Positions 12,290 to 26,387 of a stretch of DNA of 64,000 nucleotides are shown here, in pieces (positions within the stretch are counted from its first letter, which is position 1; each line of letters opens with the position of its first letter). Source of the DNA: Octopus vulgaris (taxonomy: Eukaryota); contig OX597824.1 of the NCBI GenBank assembly GCA_951406725.2, positions 67,642,001 through 67,706,000 on the forward strand. Direction: 5' to 3'. The notes below the pieces were generated by a model. That model saw only the letters and a list, made by a program, of their open reading frames with translations, made no database searches and was not told the DNA's origin. Made by a program: the position numbers and the translations under genes.

Positions 12290-15147
12290 TTTTGTATGTG
12301 TGCGCGTGTGTGTAGTTTAGTATATATTGTATATATGTACGTATGCATGTGTCTTTGTACTCTGTATATGCAATACAATCAAACATAAATGAACATATAT
12401 ATGTCAGAGTCAGCGAGTGTCTCAGTGAATGCATGTGTTAGGAAGGAGTATAAAGGCATTACCTCACGAGCTCCTCCAATAAAAAATCTCATAGTTGTAA
12501 ACAACCAATAATACGGAGAAAATGCGGCGATTAAGTTGAAAATTAACAGCAAGATATGACTTGTCACTCTCATAGATTTTCGTCCGAATTTTTCTATCAA
12601 ACATGGTGCTAACAGGCCACTAACCATTTGACCAAAAGTGTAAAAAGTCTGAGTTGATTCAGCCAATCCTACGCTGTTGCAGAGCAAGTCCCACTGTAAA
12701 AACAAGCATAATTTAAAGTGAACAGAGAATTACTTAATTAATGTGTAGAGTTCAACTTTTGTCTGCATGTCATTTTCATGACAGATAATTTCTAAGGGAG
12801 GCAATTTCTCCAAGTAAGTTTGTGATATTTGATGTAAAGTTGTGAAAGAGCAACCAATATTCACATACACATATTAACCCGTCCTCTGAAACATACTGTA
12901 TAGACAAAGTTAGGATTACTTGATTAAGTGGTGTGTATAAATAATTCAAATTTTATCTGTATGTTGTTACGAACTTCTTTATCATGCATCATATGGGCAA
13001 AAGTCATTTATACCTTACGACTAGAAACCCTAAATTAATAAGCTGAGTAACTAAAAATATGCAAAATTAAAGATTCATTATGTTCCTTAGCACACATGCT
13101 CCTTTTCAAGTTCTATTCCTTGGCATTTAATTTCTGACAGTAAAAATGTACCGTTATTTTGAGCTGAAGTTATCGTTATAAACATAAACTTTGTGTGGGG
13201 TCTCTCAAACCTGCGGTGGTAAAGAATGGCCCCGATCTTCTGATATATTATAGGTATTTATTTCTGTGTTAGAAAGACGACGGGGATAATTTATTGACGA
13301 GTAAATACAATTTTTTTCTATGTTTGTCCTTATTTAGGCATTAAAAAATAACTTCTATACATTTGTTTTGCTATCTCATATAAATATTTGTGTCCTCTTA
13401 GTGTTGAAACATCAGCAGAATTCTGCATTAAGCATTCCATATAATCCCTCACAACTTATTTTATAAATTTGTGTTCTACACACGGGAATTCATACGACTA
13501 TTAAAAAAGTTTTTCGAAATTTTAAAATATTTTTTTTTAACTTTTCGAAATTTAAAAATAAATTGTTCTTCTAATTTTTCCATAGAAAAAATTACAGTTT
13601 AAAAAACGGACTGTACGAATGTTTGGTTGAAATTCCAGCAATGGACCATTAAATGTGTTTGTGGGGAGAAAGATATTGAAAAATATGGTGTTTGCATAGT
13701 CATATGAATTCCCATGTGTAGAACAAATTTTCTGAAAGTTTCAAAATATGGCATGCTTAAAGCAGGTTCCAGCCAAAACCTCGGCAAAGTTTGTTTAAAA
13801 ACGGTTAATTCTTCTGACAGTGCTATATGTATCTGATTGTAAGGACTAATGACAATGTCAGTAAGTCAGCTCCGTTAACCTCATAGCTCATAGTGTTCTG
13901 TCGTCTGTTAATAGTTTTGTCTAGTAAAATTTTTAAAAAGATAACAGTGTAATGAAAAGAGAATTAATGAAAATTACTATTATATAGCACTAAGAAAACA
14001 ATTATATGAAATAGTTTTTATTACTTTATAAATATATTCACCTGTTCATTTAATAAATGATGATCGCTTTATTAATTCATTAATACACGATGGAAAAGTG
14101 TTAAATGTTATGATATTTGTATTTTTTTTTTTAAGTTATGTTTTACAAACTTACGATGTCCATAGGTTTCTTACAGAAAACAGAGGTGACATGAAATTGT
14201 GACAAATAAATAAATAAATCCTGAAATAAAACAATTGTTTAATACAGTAATATAATTCAACCAACCTGTGAGACTATAGACTTATCCACTGGAGTGGTAT
14301 AGTAATAACCATTGAGGCAGTCCAGAGTTTGGTTTTTGGTAGTACTCTCTTCATTGCTGTTGATGATGTCTATGGAGCATTTATCATATATTAGACTTAC
14401 TTCATTGATTGATATATTGTATTGATTCAGCTGAAATTCTGTTAGATTGTTACATCTGTATTCGGGTGTGATGGCTGTAAAATAAGTTGGAGAGAAGCCC
14501 AAGTAAAGTATATATAAATACATACACCCTGTCTGTCTGTCTGTCTATCTGCCTGTCTATTTATCTATATACTTATGTATGCATTTTGTGTCAAATCATT
14601 CGTATTGCTACTTGTAACATGTAACCCAGCAGAAACTGTCACGTGCTCAGGCCGATGGCAACTAAACCAGCAACACTAGTGGGCCTGTTTGATAAACAGG
14701 ATGGTTTTGGTTGGATACTCTGCCGGATGAAGACAAAAAACTATCAAACACTGGATGGCCATCCAGTCAATGGTCATCCAACAGCTGGGAATGAGAGACC
14801 TCCTGGTCTTTGCTTAGACATCTCTCTAAGAGAAGGAAACTTCAAATCAACACATGCCTCATGGTGAAGCCAGTGATATTGCTCTTGCTTGTTTCTGGAT
14901 AACTTGCCTTTGTAGGTGAGAGTCGTGGTGGTGTGCCCCCATCCACACATATAAATATATATATGTGTGTTTGTATATATATATATATATATATATGTTT
15001 GTATATATATATATATATATATAAGAAGAGAGAGATACATATATATGCATATATATACATATGTATATATATGCATACTTATAAATGCATATATACATAT
15101 ATATATATATATACACATATACATATATATATATATGCATATATATA

Positions 15148-15244
<97 letters not shown>

Positions 15245-16858
15245 TTGCATTAGGGTTATGACTTTTTCACAGACCAATAACTCTATACTGTTATTCAATG
15301 CAATGAATAATTTTCTAAAAGTCAGGAAACTAACATTTATTTTGCTTTAGTTAGAAAACCGTCACCCCAATCTTAAGAAATGGATTACCACTTTGGACCC
15401 AAAGCATGCAAAATTCTAGTGGTGTTCATTACACTTGCTCAAATTTTTACTGACTCAATGCAATGCAGAAATAGTATATCTGAAATTTCATCTTTCTTGT
15501 TGAAGTAGTTTCAGAGCTATGGGCTTTTAAAACTATAATAACTAAGTGGCACTAGATTCAAACTTCAGTATTTCCGCTGCCTATATCTTTGTAAACGCAA
15601 GAGAGATGTGGAACAAAAGGGTATTTATACATTTTAAAGATTACTGAATTGAAACTGCTCAACGCAAAGGTTCAAAACTAGGCTATTTTAAAACAGAGAC
15701 CACTACAAGATTCGATAATATACATAATTAAAAACAATACATATTTTTAACTTTATAGGTTTAATTCCAATTTTAAATAACTGTGTAAGAAAAAGGGTCC
15801 TGAATGTTAGCAAATTTATAAGCTTAACAAAGAATTAATATGTTTTTTAGATAAAATAAATTGAAGGTGAAATTTCTCCTTCTTTTTACAAACATCATAA
15901 AGATCTTGAAGGCACTTAATTATCCGTTGTGCACTCTGATTTGTTCTGGGAATTTCCAGTTTTGATAGTCCTCGACTCCAAAAGATTTTCATGAACTTGC
16001 AGGCTACCACATAACTTCTGATAATCATGTGCATTGAATATTTTGGTCAGTAAACCCCAAATCTACCCAGTTGTAGAGATGAATCGACAAACATTGAGAA
16101 GCAAAGCTTTTGATATTCACTTTCAGTTTTTTGATGATGACACTGGAGTTGATCTGGTTGCAGTTGGCATTAAGGACACTTTTCTTCTTTTTGATGTATG
16201 GATAGTTTTGGAACTAGCTGCCTTTCCAGTTACATACCTAATCTGTTCTTTGCTCTCAGTTTGAAGATAATAGAACCTATTCTCACTGCACAGCCATTCA
16301 CCGTTTTCTTTTGTGATGTCACAAATTCCTTTTAATGAAGCGTATTTTCCTCGTTTTACACATTTTTCGTGGATACTCAACACTTTTCTACTTTTGCTTG
16401 TACATTTTGAATTGATAAATATGGGAAATTTAATTTCTCTTGCTATAAAAAGGATACTTGTTGGTGAAGGAATTAGTGATATGATAGGGTTGATGATGGG
16501 TGCCAGTGAGGAGGATAGTGTTGGAGAGGGGATTTTATTTTGCTTTGCGGGAGCAACTGTTTCTTGAAGGCACAACTTGTAGTAATTGCTCGAAATGTGG
16601 AGTAGACAAAACAGCCGACAACTGATGAAGGGTCGTTCTTTATGTTACATGCATTGTTTTTTTCTTTTTTTCTTTAGTTGTTTGCAAAAAAGTTCGTATT
16701 CTATGTTTTCGCATTTCGTATTTTGTGTTGTTTACGTTTTATGACTCCTGTACCGATATAGGCATATGTATATACATATATATGTAAGTATATATATGTA
16801 TGTATGTATGTATGTGTGTATGTATGTATGTATGTATGTATGTATGTATGTATGTATG

Positions 16859-16933
<75 letters not shown>

Positions 16934-19900
16934 AATTAAGAGACAGAACCTCCATAAAGTAATTAAATTAAATTATCTATAATAAAATATGAATTTAAAT
17001 ATATTATTAATATTGTACTAAAAATTACTATACTAATAATACACATAAAAACGACGACGCGCTTTTCGAGATCCTATATTCAAATCGATCATATCCAAAT
17101 CGATAATGTCATAAATTAATATTTCTTAGATCCAACGATAAATATCCACTCTTCAAGTCTAGATAACATAAAATAAATTTACAACATAAAGGAAAACGTT
17201 ATAATGTAACTATACATTTAGAAATAATCGATAAGATTCAACAGTATTCAAGAAATGTAGAAGTGTAACTCATTTTATTATTGAATACCAGTTAACTCCG
17301 CAAATTAAACAAGGCTATTGAAGTAATTATGTCCCCTATTTATATGATTTCCAATGTAGGGGAGATAATTCTCATTAATGAATACGATTACTTTTTAAGC
17401 GATTTCCAGTGTAGGGGAGATAATTTTAAAAAGACTACAAATAGGAAAAAATATATATGAAGGAAAAATTAATTTACGTGGTTAATTTATTTAAATAAAT
17501 AATCAGATAAAATTTACCGATTTTTATGAAAAGTAAAAACGTTATTGATTTTATTTATGTCAGTTAAATGGGATTAAAATTAGACTAGAACCAAATTAAA
17601 AATTAACCATAAATTTTGTGTTACAAGAATTCGATCACTTTAAATCAATACGTAAATAACAATTTTAGGACTAATAAGTAGAAATATATATTATAACGTT
17701 GTAAATTGAAATTTTATCTGTTAAACTAAAAATTTGGCGTTGCAAAAAAAAAAATCCATTAATTATAAATATTACGTAAATTATTAATACAGGGAAAATA
17801 AACAGAAATATGTATTTTAACGATAAAAGTAACACATAAGCGTGATGTAATACAGCATTTACTTTGAAATATTTCTAAATTCACATTTATGTAAAATTAA
17901 AACGTTATGCCAAATCCATAGAATAAGCTTTATGTCCGCTAATTGTTATATATTCTCCAATCTATTTGCTTATTTTATAAACCTCTTAGTTAAATCTTAT
18001 TCTAGTTATGTACATAACCTACATAATCTACAGCTAATATATACTCGTTATACTATTACTAATTATACGTATATAATTAGTAATCTAAATTAGGGTTTAT
18101 ATGTATTCAAAATTAACTAAACTTATATAAGTAATTCAATTTATGCCTATAATTTTTCTCTCATCCTGGGAATTAACTAATTTACAATTTATTTTATCTC
18201 TGCATATACAATTTATTAAATTCTGGTCGTTATTATTGTTGGAGTTATTATTTAATTTTTTAATGTAAAACTTATTCAGCTTATATCTATTAAAGGAAGA
18301 GATAATGTTATTAGTAGTAGAATAACCAACTCCAAAATTATTTCTAGAAAAAATATTATTACATTTTTTTATTATCTATGATGAATGATTCTGTTAGTCT
18401 TAATATCTTTTGACAACTCAAAAGCATTACAATATTATCCTAGCCAAAACGAGTATTATAATATATTTAATGCATCTCTCATTAAAAAGTTCAATATCGA
18501 AACAATACTAAAAATTTCAAAATTACAGATACGTGAAAAATATTAAAATTATAATTGACATATATATACGACAAATTATGTGGATCTATAAAAATATATG
18601 AAAAATATATAAACATATTAAAAGATATATTCCTACTTACTAATAAAGGTTAGGTTAAAAAACGGTGTTAAAAGATTATAAGATATGCATGGCATAGTGT
18701 ATAAAGTAAATAAGATGTCTAGGGTAGAGTGTATAAAGTAAATAAGTCAAAGGTGAAACGTTGGTTTTTCGTTGTTTATTTTTCAGGGTAAATATCAAAC
18801 CAATTCTCCTATGGCCATTTTTGGGGTACATTAATTCTTGTAAAAATAGATATTCATATCCAAAATTTTAGATAACTGCTTCCATCATCAGGAGTGTTAG
18901 ATGAGATTACATTTCGCTTACTATTAGAGAAAGGGAAATTATATGGTTCGCCCATCCTCCTCCATTCTCAATTCAGGTCAGTAGCTACGATAAACATTTT
19001 TTAAGATTTTGAGAGAATATTTTCCAAGGCATCACAAGTATTATTCCATCTTCAATAAATCTTCTGTGAAGCTATTTTAGTGCTAGGTTTTATATATCAT
19101 TATATATATTAGCAAGAGGAGGAAATAGTGTAGTAGGAATTATGGGAAGTTAATATAGAAAGTATAGTTCCAAGGGAATAAATTACACCAAGGGGAGGGT
19201 GATAAAGCTTGAATATAAGTGTTAAGTGGAATATGGTCAATCCTAGAGTATAACGGTCTGCCTATCTAGTTTGATTAAAATGCCTAAAAGTTGAATGGTA
19301 CTAATGAATACATGAGTACATGGCATCGGTGATTTTATTCAGTAATGATGAATTATAACTACAGAGAATATTTCGTGGTTCTCAAGCGATGATGGCGGGG
19401 GGGGGTCTATCACAGACACAAATATACACATACATGTATACGACGGGCTTCTTTCAGTTTCTGTCTACTAGATCCACTCACAAGGCTTTGCTCGGCCCGA
19501 AGCTATAGTAGAAGAGACTTGCACAAGATGCCACGCAGTGGGACTGAACCTGGATCCATGTGGCTGTAAAGTAAACTTTTTACCACTGTTTTTAACGCTA
19601 TGTTTTAATCCAGTCAGTGAACTGCGGACATCTTGGGGCACACCTATGGAGAGTTTCTAGTCGATCGAACTGCCAAGTACATATACATATTTCACCAGGT
19701 TATTTTGCCGAGCCACTAATTTACGAGGGACGTAAGCAGACCAACACCGGTTGACAAGCTCAAATGCACCCACCCACCCACACACACACACGCACGCACT
19801 CACACAAACACAAACACACATATACATGTATGACATGCTTTTTCTTTTAGTTTCCGCCTACCGAATTCATTCAGAAGTCTTTGATTGGCCAGGGGCTTTA

Positions 19901-20027
19901 GCAGAATACAGCAACGTAGGGTGTCACGTAGTGGTACTGAACCTAGAATCATGTGGTTGAGAAGCAAACGTCGTACCATAAAGCCACGACTGCGTCTATG
20001 TGTGTAATTGTATAAATATATAGATAC

Positions 20028-20091
<64 letters not shown>

Positions 20092-20218
20092 GTGTGTGTG
20101 TGTGTATGTATGTGTGTGTATGTGTGTGCATGTGTGTGCGTGTGCGAGTGTGTGTTTGTGCATGCATGTATGTATATACATGTATGTATAAATGCATATA
20201 TGTGTATATATATATATT

Positions 20219-20276
<58 letters not shown>

Positions 20277-20563
20277 TATTATAGTACAAACGCACACACA
20301 CACGCACTTACATATATATATATATAGAGAGAAAATAGATAATAGATAGGTCGATAGATAGATTTTGATGTGTGTGTATATATATCTGTGTATGTGTATG
20401 CGTGTATCTAAATTTTATACATACCGTAGAATATATAGAATAAACTATTTGCCGATGCTACAAGTAGAGATGCACAAATCAAGATGCACTGACTGGTGTG
20501 GAAAAAACCTGTTTGTCCCAGAGAACGTAGGATTCCATCAACATCCACCTGGGTAGATTTCAT
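1848..20563 (-). CDS. SLC22-family (MFS) organic ion transporter, copy A; exons 1-9, last exon outside window
   Basis: Exons 20425-20563, 14266-14474, 12463-12693, 9158-9360, 7127-7459, 6457-6591, 3861-3946, 2493-2613, 1848-1920. All are GT-AG with consistent phases, 1530 nt, no stops. Motifs: [11 protein letters not shown], four-Cys glycosylated loop, [27 protein letters not shown]. Confidence 0.93.
2493..2613 (-). CDS. SLC22 copy A exon 8
   Basis: 121 nt, ...[13 protein letters not shown]. Confidence 0.92.
3861..3946 (-). CDS. SLC22 copy A exon 7
   Basis: 86 nt, [17 protein letters not shown]... Confidence 0.9.
4092..5332 (-). mobile_element. Tc1/mariner (maT/DD37D-like) transposon remnant with TIRs
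   Basis: TIR pair gtgcgtaagatatttgagaggaca / tgtcctcaaataccttacacac. Minus-strand [16 protein letters not shown] and [13 protein letters not shown]. Confidence 0.8.
5507..5550 (+). ncRNA. Degenerate type-I hammerhead-like motif
   Basis: AAAAAGGT-CAGACGA-ACG GGAC CGT-GAAA-TTGAGTA-ACATTTTT; related copy at 51537-51576. Confidence 0.45.
6457..6591 (-). CDS. SLC22 copy A exon 6
   Basis: 135 nt, ...[16 protein letters not shown]... Confidence 0.9.
7127..7459 (-). CDS. SLC22 copy A exon 5
   Basis: 333 nt, FLKESIRWL...FKSPYLRK. Confidence 0.92.
7787..7953. repeat. Perfect 49-bp inverted repeat with 69-nt spacer
   Basis: 7787-7835 is the exact reverse complement of 7905-7953. Confidence 0.92.
8090..8128 (-). 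ncRNA. Minimal hammerhead-like motif with core substitution
   Basis: Reverse complement: CTGTTGA-A-GAGC ATAT GCTC-GAAAC-GTA. Confidence 0.45.
8665..9080 (+). mobile_element. Tx1/L1-type LINE fragment (end of APE endonuclease)
   Basis: FPNAQVWNW... and [10 protein letters not shown], homologous to the 23825-24358 peptide. Confidence 0.65.
9158..9360 (-). CDS. SLC22 copy A exon 4
   Basis: 203 nt, [11 protein letters not shown]...YLLKDYSW. Confidence 0.92.
11160..11335. repeat. (TTC)n/(TCC)n microsatellite
   Basis: Direct reading. Confidence 0.95.
11391..12070 (-). mobile_element. Internally deleted maT/Tc1-mariner element with TIRs
   Basis: TIRs agggtgttcgggccaaattt / aaagtttaacccgaacatcct. 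[17 protein letters not shown] and [10 protein letters not shown] fragments. Confidence 0.75.
12463..12693 (-). CDS. SLC22 copy A exon 3
   Basis: 231 nt, WDLLC...EKFGRK...RFFIG. Confidence 0.93.
14266..14474 (-). CDS. SLC22 copy A exon 2
   Basis: 209 nt, PEYRC...C...CLNGYYY...SIVSQ. Confidence 0.92.
15330..16575 (-). mobile_element. Decayed DNA-transposon (possibly hAT-like) transposase remnant
   Basis: Broken ORFs 16123-16575 and 15816-16034. [13 protein letters not shown] resembles a transposase C-terminal N..AER motif. Family uncertain. Confidence 0.4.
19400..19990 (-). mobile_element. Two tandem degenerate family-2 SINE copies
   Basis: cgacgggcttctttcagttt...gggactgaacc motifs shared with 1118-1505. 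Confidence 0.75.
20425..20563 (-). CDS. SLC22 copy A exon 1
   Basis: 139 nt, [22 protein letters not shown]..., donor gtatgt. Confidence 0.88.
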
Positions 20564-21535
20564 TTTGTCTTCGTTTATGTGTATTCGACAGTTCGTCTGT
20601 GCACCTGCATGTTTACGTATGACGTATGTGTTTTCTTGTGTGTGAGTAGCGGACGTAAATTATATCTTTTTAGGTGCTTATAAGGTTTTAAATGCATTTC
20701 ATGAAAAATAGAATGTCACGAATGTAAAATTATTTATTCTAACAAATATATGTAGCGGAATATCATTTTGAAATTAACCTAAAACCAAAATTATCTTCAC
20801 AAATACAAATCAAGGTTGGCTTAGCAAAAAGAATGTTAACTCCTGTGAAACAGCTATTGCTTTACTGACTGAACATCAAAAATTGAATATGAAATAATAC
20901 ACAAAAATTTAATTTTTATTCTAGGCCCTTCCCGCTTTGCCAGAAGTGAAATTGATATTAAAGATAAACAAGTTTTTCAGGTTATGCTTGATAACTGTAA
21001 TAAGCAGACTGTTTTTAAGATTGCTTTTGTTTGCCTGAAACTGTCTGAGAATCGGACCTTGTTGAAGCATAATCGGCCGATACTCTGAAATTACTATCTT
21101 GATCGCTTTTTACTTACAAAATATAGACCTAGTACACATGACCACGAAGTTCACCATTATCATTACTACAAGTGTCGCTTCGTTTGACTCTCGAACCACG
21201 TATCATATAGACATTCTTTTAACTGAATATTTGAGGTTTTGGGGAAAACTTGCCAGGTCTTCACAACACGAAAGTATATTTCTTTCCTCTCACGATTCTG
21301 TCAGCAAGCCACTATTAATAATAACAATTCATTCTTCTATATGTACAAGGTTTAAAATGTTTTGCAGAGGTTGATTACATTGACTCCTGGGTTCAGCTGA
21401 TACTTATTTCATTGACTCCACAAGGACGAAAAGTAAAGTCGACCACTGCGTAATTTGAACCCAGAAACTGAAGACGAACAAAATGCTTTTAAACCTTTCG
21501 CTAGCAATTTGTGACACGCTAATGATTTTGCAAGC

Positions 21536-24500
21536 CTTTCTTTATTGGCCACAAGGGCCGAACACAAAACCAATTAGGGACAATACAAAACAAGGAACAA
21601 GTAGGGTTTGAAACAGAAAACGTGTAACCAATAAAAAAGCAGTTTAAAAAAGTTAAACAAGAAAATTCCCCACTAGGGGGAGTTCCACCCAGGGCCATCA
21701 AGGGCACACCACACATCCTGGTCACCCCGACTGCCAAGAGAACGCCGGGTAGATACCCCTCTTCCCTTCAACTACTCCGGCTTACAGACGAATATTCTAA
21801 GTAGGCCCATTCACACGAGCCATTTTCGCAACATTCACCCACCTTTCAATAAACTTACTGGGGGCGGTACTTCCTACTCTAACCTCACTTTCCTTTTCAA
21901 ATGGAACTTGAAAAAGTCTATGAAGAGGAAAGTGTCTATCTTTAGTCCTTTCAATCTCGTCTAACACACTACCACTTTCGGGATAGCTACCAAGCAGAGG
22001 AAAGCTGCCTTTCCCTCCCGGCCAAAAGAAGGCAGTGAGGTGATCCTCACAATAGACTCGGCTGGTAACCGGATCCATCCTACACGTAAAAACAGCTGTT
22101 CGAGAAAGATCCACAGGTTAGTAATGCACGGACACTGCTCTAGTGCATGCAGGACGGTTTTATCACTGTGTACACCTCAGACAGATCCATCTGACAGCAC
22201 TTCCGTGTCTGTAGAGCTTGTCACGAACCGGCAGACCTCCCCGGTAGCACTCCTAAGCCAGTGATTTCTGGAAGTTATTCATAGATCTTCCAGAAAAGCA
22301 GAGTTAGTTCTCTCGACGTGCAGAGTTTCCTCGAGTTCGTTGTCGCTCTTTCCCGCCACTAATCCTCCATAGAATTCCCTAGTGGAGATTCCACCAAAAC
22401 GCGTTACTCGACTGGCAGAAGGCCGTGAGTGCTTGCCGACACTCCAGATGCCAAGTGTCCGTTGTTTGTCTGTGCTTTACCCAGGACTGTAGCTCCATCG
22501 ATGAAACGAGCTACGGAAAGTCCCTTTTGAGGAACGTCAACCACACCTGCTCACCGTTAAGGAAACTCTGGAAATTTCGCAGACTCAGCGCATGTGTGCG
22601 CATCATTAGCTACGGCATGCGCAGTCCTTCACCCAGATGGACCGCCTGACGAGTGGAACACGTCCCTTTCATAGAAAGTGAAAGAGCAAGCGATCCAACT
22701 ATATCAGGCATGGAGTGGGGTAAAGGACGACGGTCAAGCGGCAGTAGATAACAGAACCGATGTACGCATTCGCCGCTTCCACCCGACCCTTCAGGGACAG
22801 CTTTCTCTCTGCCCATTTCTGGGTGAGAATGGCTACCCTGCTCGTGACCTCCCCCCCCCATATGTTGTCCACCTGGATGTCTGGACGAAACCAGACCCGA
22901 GCAATTTAACCGGCCCCTCGGTCCAGCGCCCTACAACGCTGTCGGTTGGCATGTATCTGCCTTTCCAGGTATCGAGCTGCAGGCCCAGGCCCATCGACTT
23001 CTGGTTGATCTTCGCTCCTGTTACCACTTCGTACTCACTTAGAGCAGTGCAGACCACCTCGATTTCCGGGCTGTCCGACTCTATTACGATGACGTCGTCT
23101 GTAAGCCGACACGAACCTTTTGCATCCTAGATTACGCATGATGCTCCTCGAGACCTCCAGTTTCCGCAGTAATGGTTCGAGAGCCAGTCCGTACAGAAAA
23201 GGCAAGAGTGGGCATTCTTGACTGACCAAACGAGCGATGCTAAACGATTCTGAAAGGTAGCCATTTACTTTGACCACCGAACAGATATTGTTGTACATTG
23301 CAGCGATCCAGCCTCTGAAAACGGGACCGAAATCCGCTGCCGCAAGAACAGTTTTGGTGTTCGACTCTATCAGAAGCCTTCGACTGATCCAAATTGATCA
23401 GGGAGCCACACATGCTAGGTTCCTTACCAACCCTCTCTATGATGTAGCGCGGAGATGGAAGTTGTTGTAGATAGTTCTGTTTGGGATAGCGCATGTCTGC
23501 GGCCACCACTCAACTTATCGACGGCAAGCGCCAACGTCTTGGCTGACACCTTGGTTAAAATCTTATAATCTGCATTCAGTAGAGTTATAGGCCTAAAATG
23601 ATCAGTTTTGTCCCGCTTGTTCGGGCCCTTCCTCAATAGTACCAACACTCCACGCCTCACAACACTGGAAATTCTCCCGTTTTGCTTCCATTTGTGATAG
23701 ACATCTTCCAGAAGACCACCGAACAAGTCTGGCATATGATACTAAATTTCGAATGGTAGATCCTCCCGCCCCGGTGTCTTCTCACTTGCACAGGCCTTCA
23801 TTGCGTCCCGTATATCTTCGGTTGCTATCGGCATTTCGCAGAATTCTGCATCCCTGTCTGAAAGCATGACATGCCACTGAGATAGGAGGTGAAATCCACC
23901 CCCGGCCTAGAACCACCGCGCACCCCAGAAAGTTCTAGCTTCCTAACTAGGTCTCCCTCTAGCCTAGATCCATCTAATGCTGTTTCTTTACTAAAACCTA
24001 CTGCCTCTACTCTAATAGCCCTTTTCAGGACTCTCCACTTACGGTTGTTGACGATTTCCCCCACCAGCTCTCGATGGACTAACTTGCTAACTCGGTCTCT
24101 GAAAGATTGGCGCGCCAGGAAAGACGCGTTCTGCTTCCAGTATCCGGGGCACTGTCTATGGATTCTATTTGTGTCAACTGTACAAATTACAGATTTATGA
24201 TACGTGTAGCCGACGACTTTGAAACATGGACAGCTTATTCTACTTCTATCTACAGGCCTACGAAATTTTCTATCTAGATATGATGTGGAAGTCCCGATGC
24301 GATTCGCCCATGTCCACATTGGCGCATCCGGGAAATCTAGTAGGTATCTCTCAGTCAACGTGAAGTGGCTGAGCAGGTTTATGAGACTTTTACTCCCCCT
24401 CTCCTATCAGCTGTCTCTACCTTATCCAGGCGCGTGTCTGAGATGGCGTTCCAGTCACCCACTAACATTAATAACGACTAGTCTAAACGCACCACCTTCA
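21536..24500 (-). mobile_element. Tx1/L1-clade non-LTR retrotransposon, frameshifted ORF2 plus 3' UTR
   Basis: APE end (WTW...SYLDR, GYWK); RT motifs FRPITLLNADYKIL, LDQSKASDRVEH, ALEPLL, GAKIN; C-terminal HALEQCP; AATAAA at the 3' end. Confidence 0.88.
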
Positions 24501-25800
24501 CGTCCAGGCACTGGTTGAAAGCGTACGGAACAATTTCAATGCTGTGCACGCAACTCAGTCAAGCCCAGCTGACGGCACTTCCATGCCTGTAGAGTTTATC
24601 CCGAACCGGCAATACATTCCGGTAGTACTGCCAGGTCAAGGATTTCTGAAAATTATTCAGAGGCCCCAGCCCGAAAGTCTGTAAAAGAGAAACTTGTTGA
24701 TCCTCATCGACGCCCAGAATCTCCCCGAGAAGGTCATTACACATGCTCGCCCTCTGTTAAGCGTCAGAATTGAACCTCCGCTGAATGTATTGTCCTACCG
24801 TTAGAGGATTGTGAGCATCTGACGACATTCAAAGGGCCAGAGACCCTGCTTCGGTCTACGCTTGATCCAAGACTACAGCTCAATCAAAGAGACGAGCTGT
24901 GGGAAACCCTGTCTGACAAATGGCGACAACAACTGCTAAGGAATTGCTCGAGATGTAGCATCATCGCATGTCTGCGCATCAGGAGACACGGCATGCCAAG
25001 CGGGTGCTGAAAGCATATGAGGCTCATCATCCGTGGAACGTGTCCATTCCGCAGAAAGCGAAAGATTATGCGCTCCAGTTTAGAGTTTAGTCACACGTAA
25101 ACTGGAGCAAGGCACGAAGTCAGGCGATTACAATGGAGTACATGTAGGCACTTGCCATCTCTACCCGACCTTTGGGGATACAATTCTCTCGGCCCATTTT
25201 TGAGAGACATTGGCTACCCTGCTTGTCACCTCGTCCCAGTTCTTCCCCACCAGCAGAACCGGGCCAACCTGATCCCGGACACTTTTACCTGTCCCTCCAT
25301 CCAGTCTCCCACGATGTTGTCGGACCTGCTTCTCAAGATGTCGAGCTGCAGGCCTTCTGAAATTTCTTGGTTAATGTTTTCAACTGTCACCGCCCCTCCG
25401 TCCAGTTACCTACGACGATGTCGACCTGGCTCTCAAGATGCCGAGTTACAGGCCTTCTGACATTTCTTGGTTAATTTTTTCCCCTGTCACCTCCCCGTTT
25501 TATTTTAGCTTATGCTTAAACATCACCAATTAGTTTCTTGACGACAAGCGCCACCCTCTTTGCTAACAACTTGGCGTTCAGCAGCGTTATGGGCCTAACA
25601 TTTTCTATTTGAACCCCCTTGTTTGGGGCCTTTTTCAGCAGCGGTACCGATCTTCGACTGACAGAACAAGGAATTCTCCCGTTCTGCTGCCAGTTGCATT
25701 AGACGACACCAAACAAATCTGGAATATAAAAGTAAAGCTCATAGAGCAAACCATCCAAACTAGGCGATTTGCATCCCGCGTCGGCGAAAAAAGTTTACAA
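24500..25800 (-). mobile_element. Further rearranged Tx1/L1 fragments
   Basis: LPVRDKLYRHG, a second RPITLLN-like segment and a duplicated ...INQE segment. Confidence 0.7.
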
Positions 25801-26188
25801 CTGATTTGCATTGTTCATTTTATTTGTACTTGTTTTTTTTGTTGCTAATAATGTTGTTGGTGGTGTTGATGGTAGTGTGTTTGTTGTTGCCACTGATGGG
25901 GGCAGTGTTCTCGCTAATGATGTTGTTGCTTCTTGCTATCATTGATTTTTCTTTTGTTGAAGATGATGAAGATGGTGTTGATTTCTTTTTATTAGCTACA
26001 AGGTTTCAAGATGTTGCGGACGGCATAGAAGTGAATAACATAGCAAAAATACAGTAACGTGTAACAGTGGGATATTTACATGTAAAAGAATGAGATCAAC
26101 AATAACTATAATGATAATTTAACAAAATTTTCTACATAATTAAAACCTATATAAATGTTGGTTGACTGGTTGCCTGATTGATATCTTC

Positions 26189-26270
<82 letters not shown>

Positions 26271-26387
26271 GAGAAAGAGAGAGAGCGAGAGAGAGAGAGT
26301 GTGTGTTTGTGCTGTGTGCGTTGTGTGTGCGCGTAAAAGTGAGGTACAAAGAGATTTGACATAAGAAATGAAAGATGAGGGCACATA

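Noticed and set aside
14610-14940. Possible RTE 5' UTR or SINE fragment
   Set aside because: Single copy in the window with no diagnostic motif I can support.
16600-16650. CTGATGAAGGG as a hammerhead core
   Set aside because: No closing stem II plus GAAA downstream.
18870-18900. Minus-strand CTGATGATGG core
   Set aside because: Could not find a matching stem II/GAAAC and stem I.
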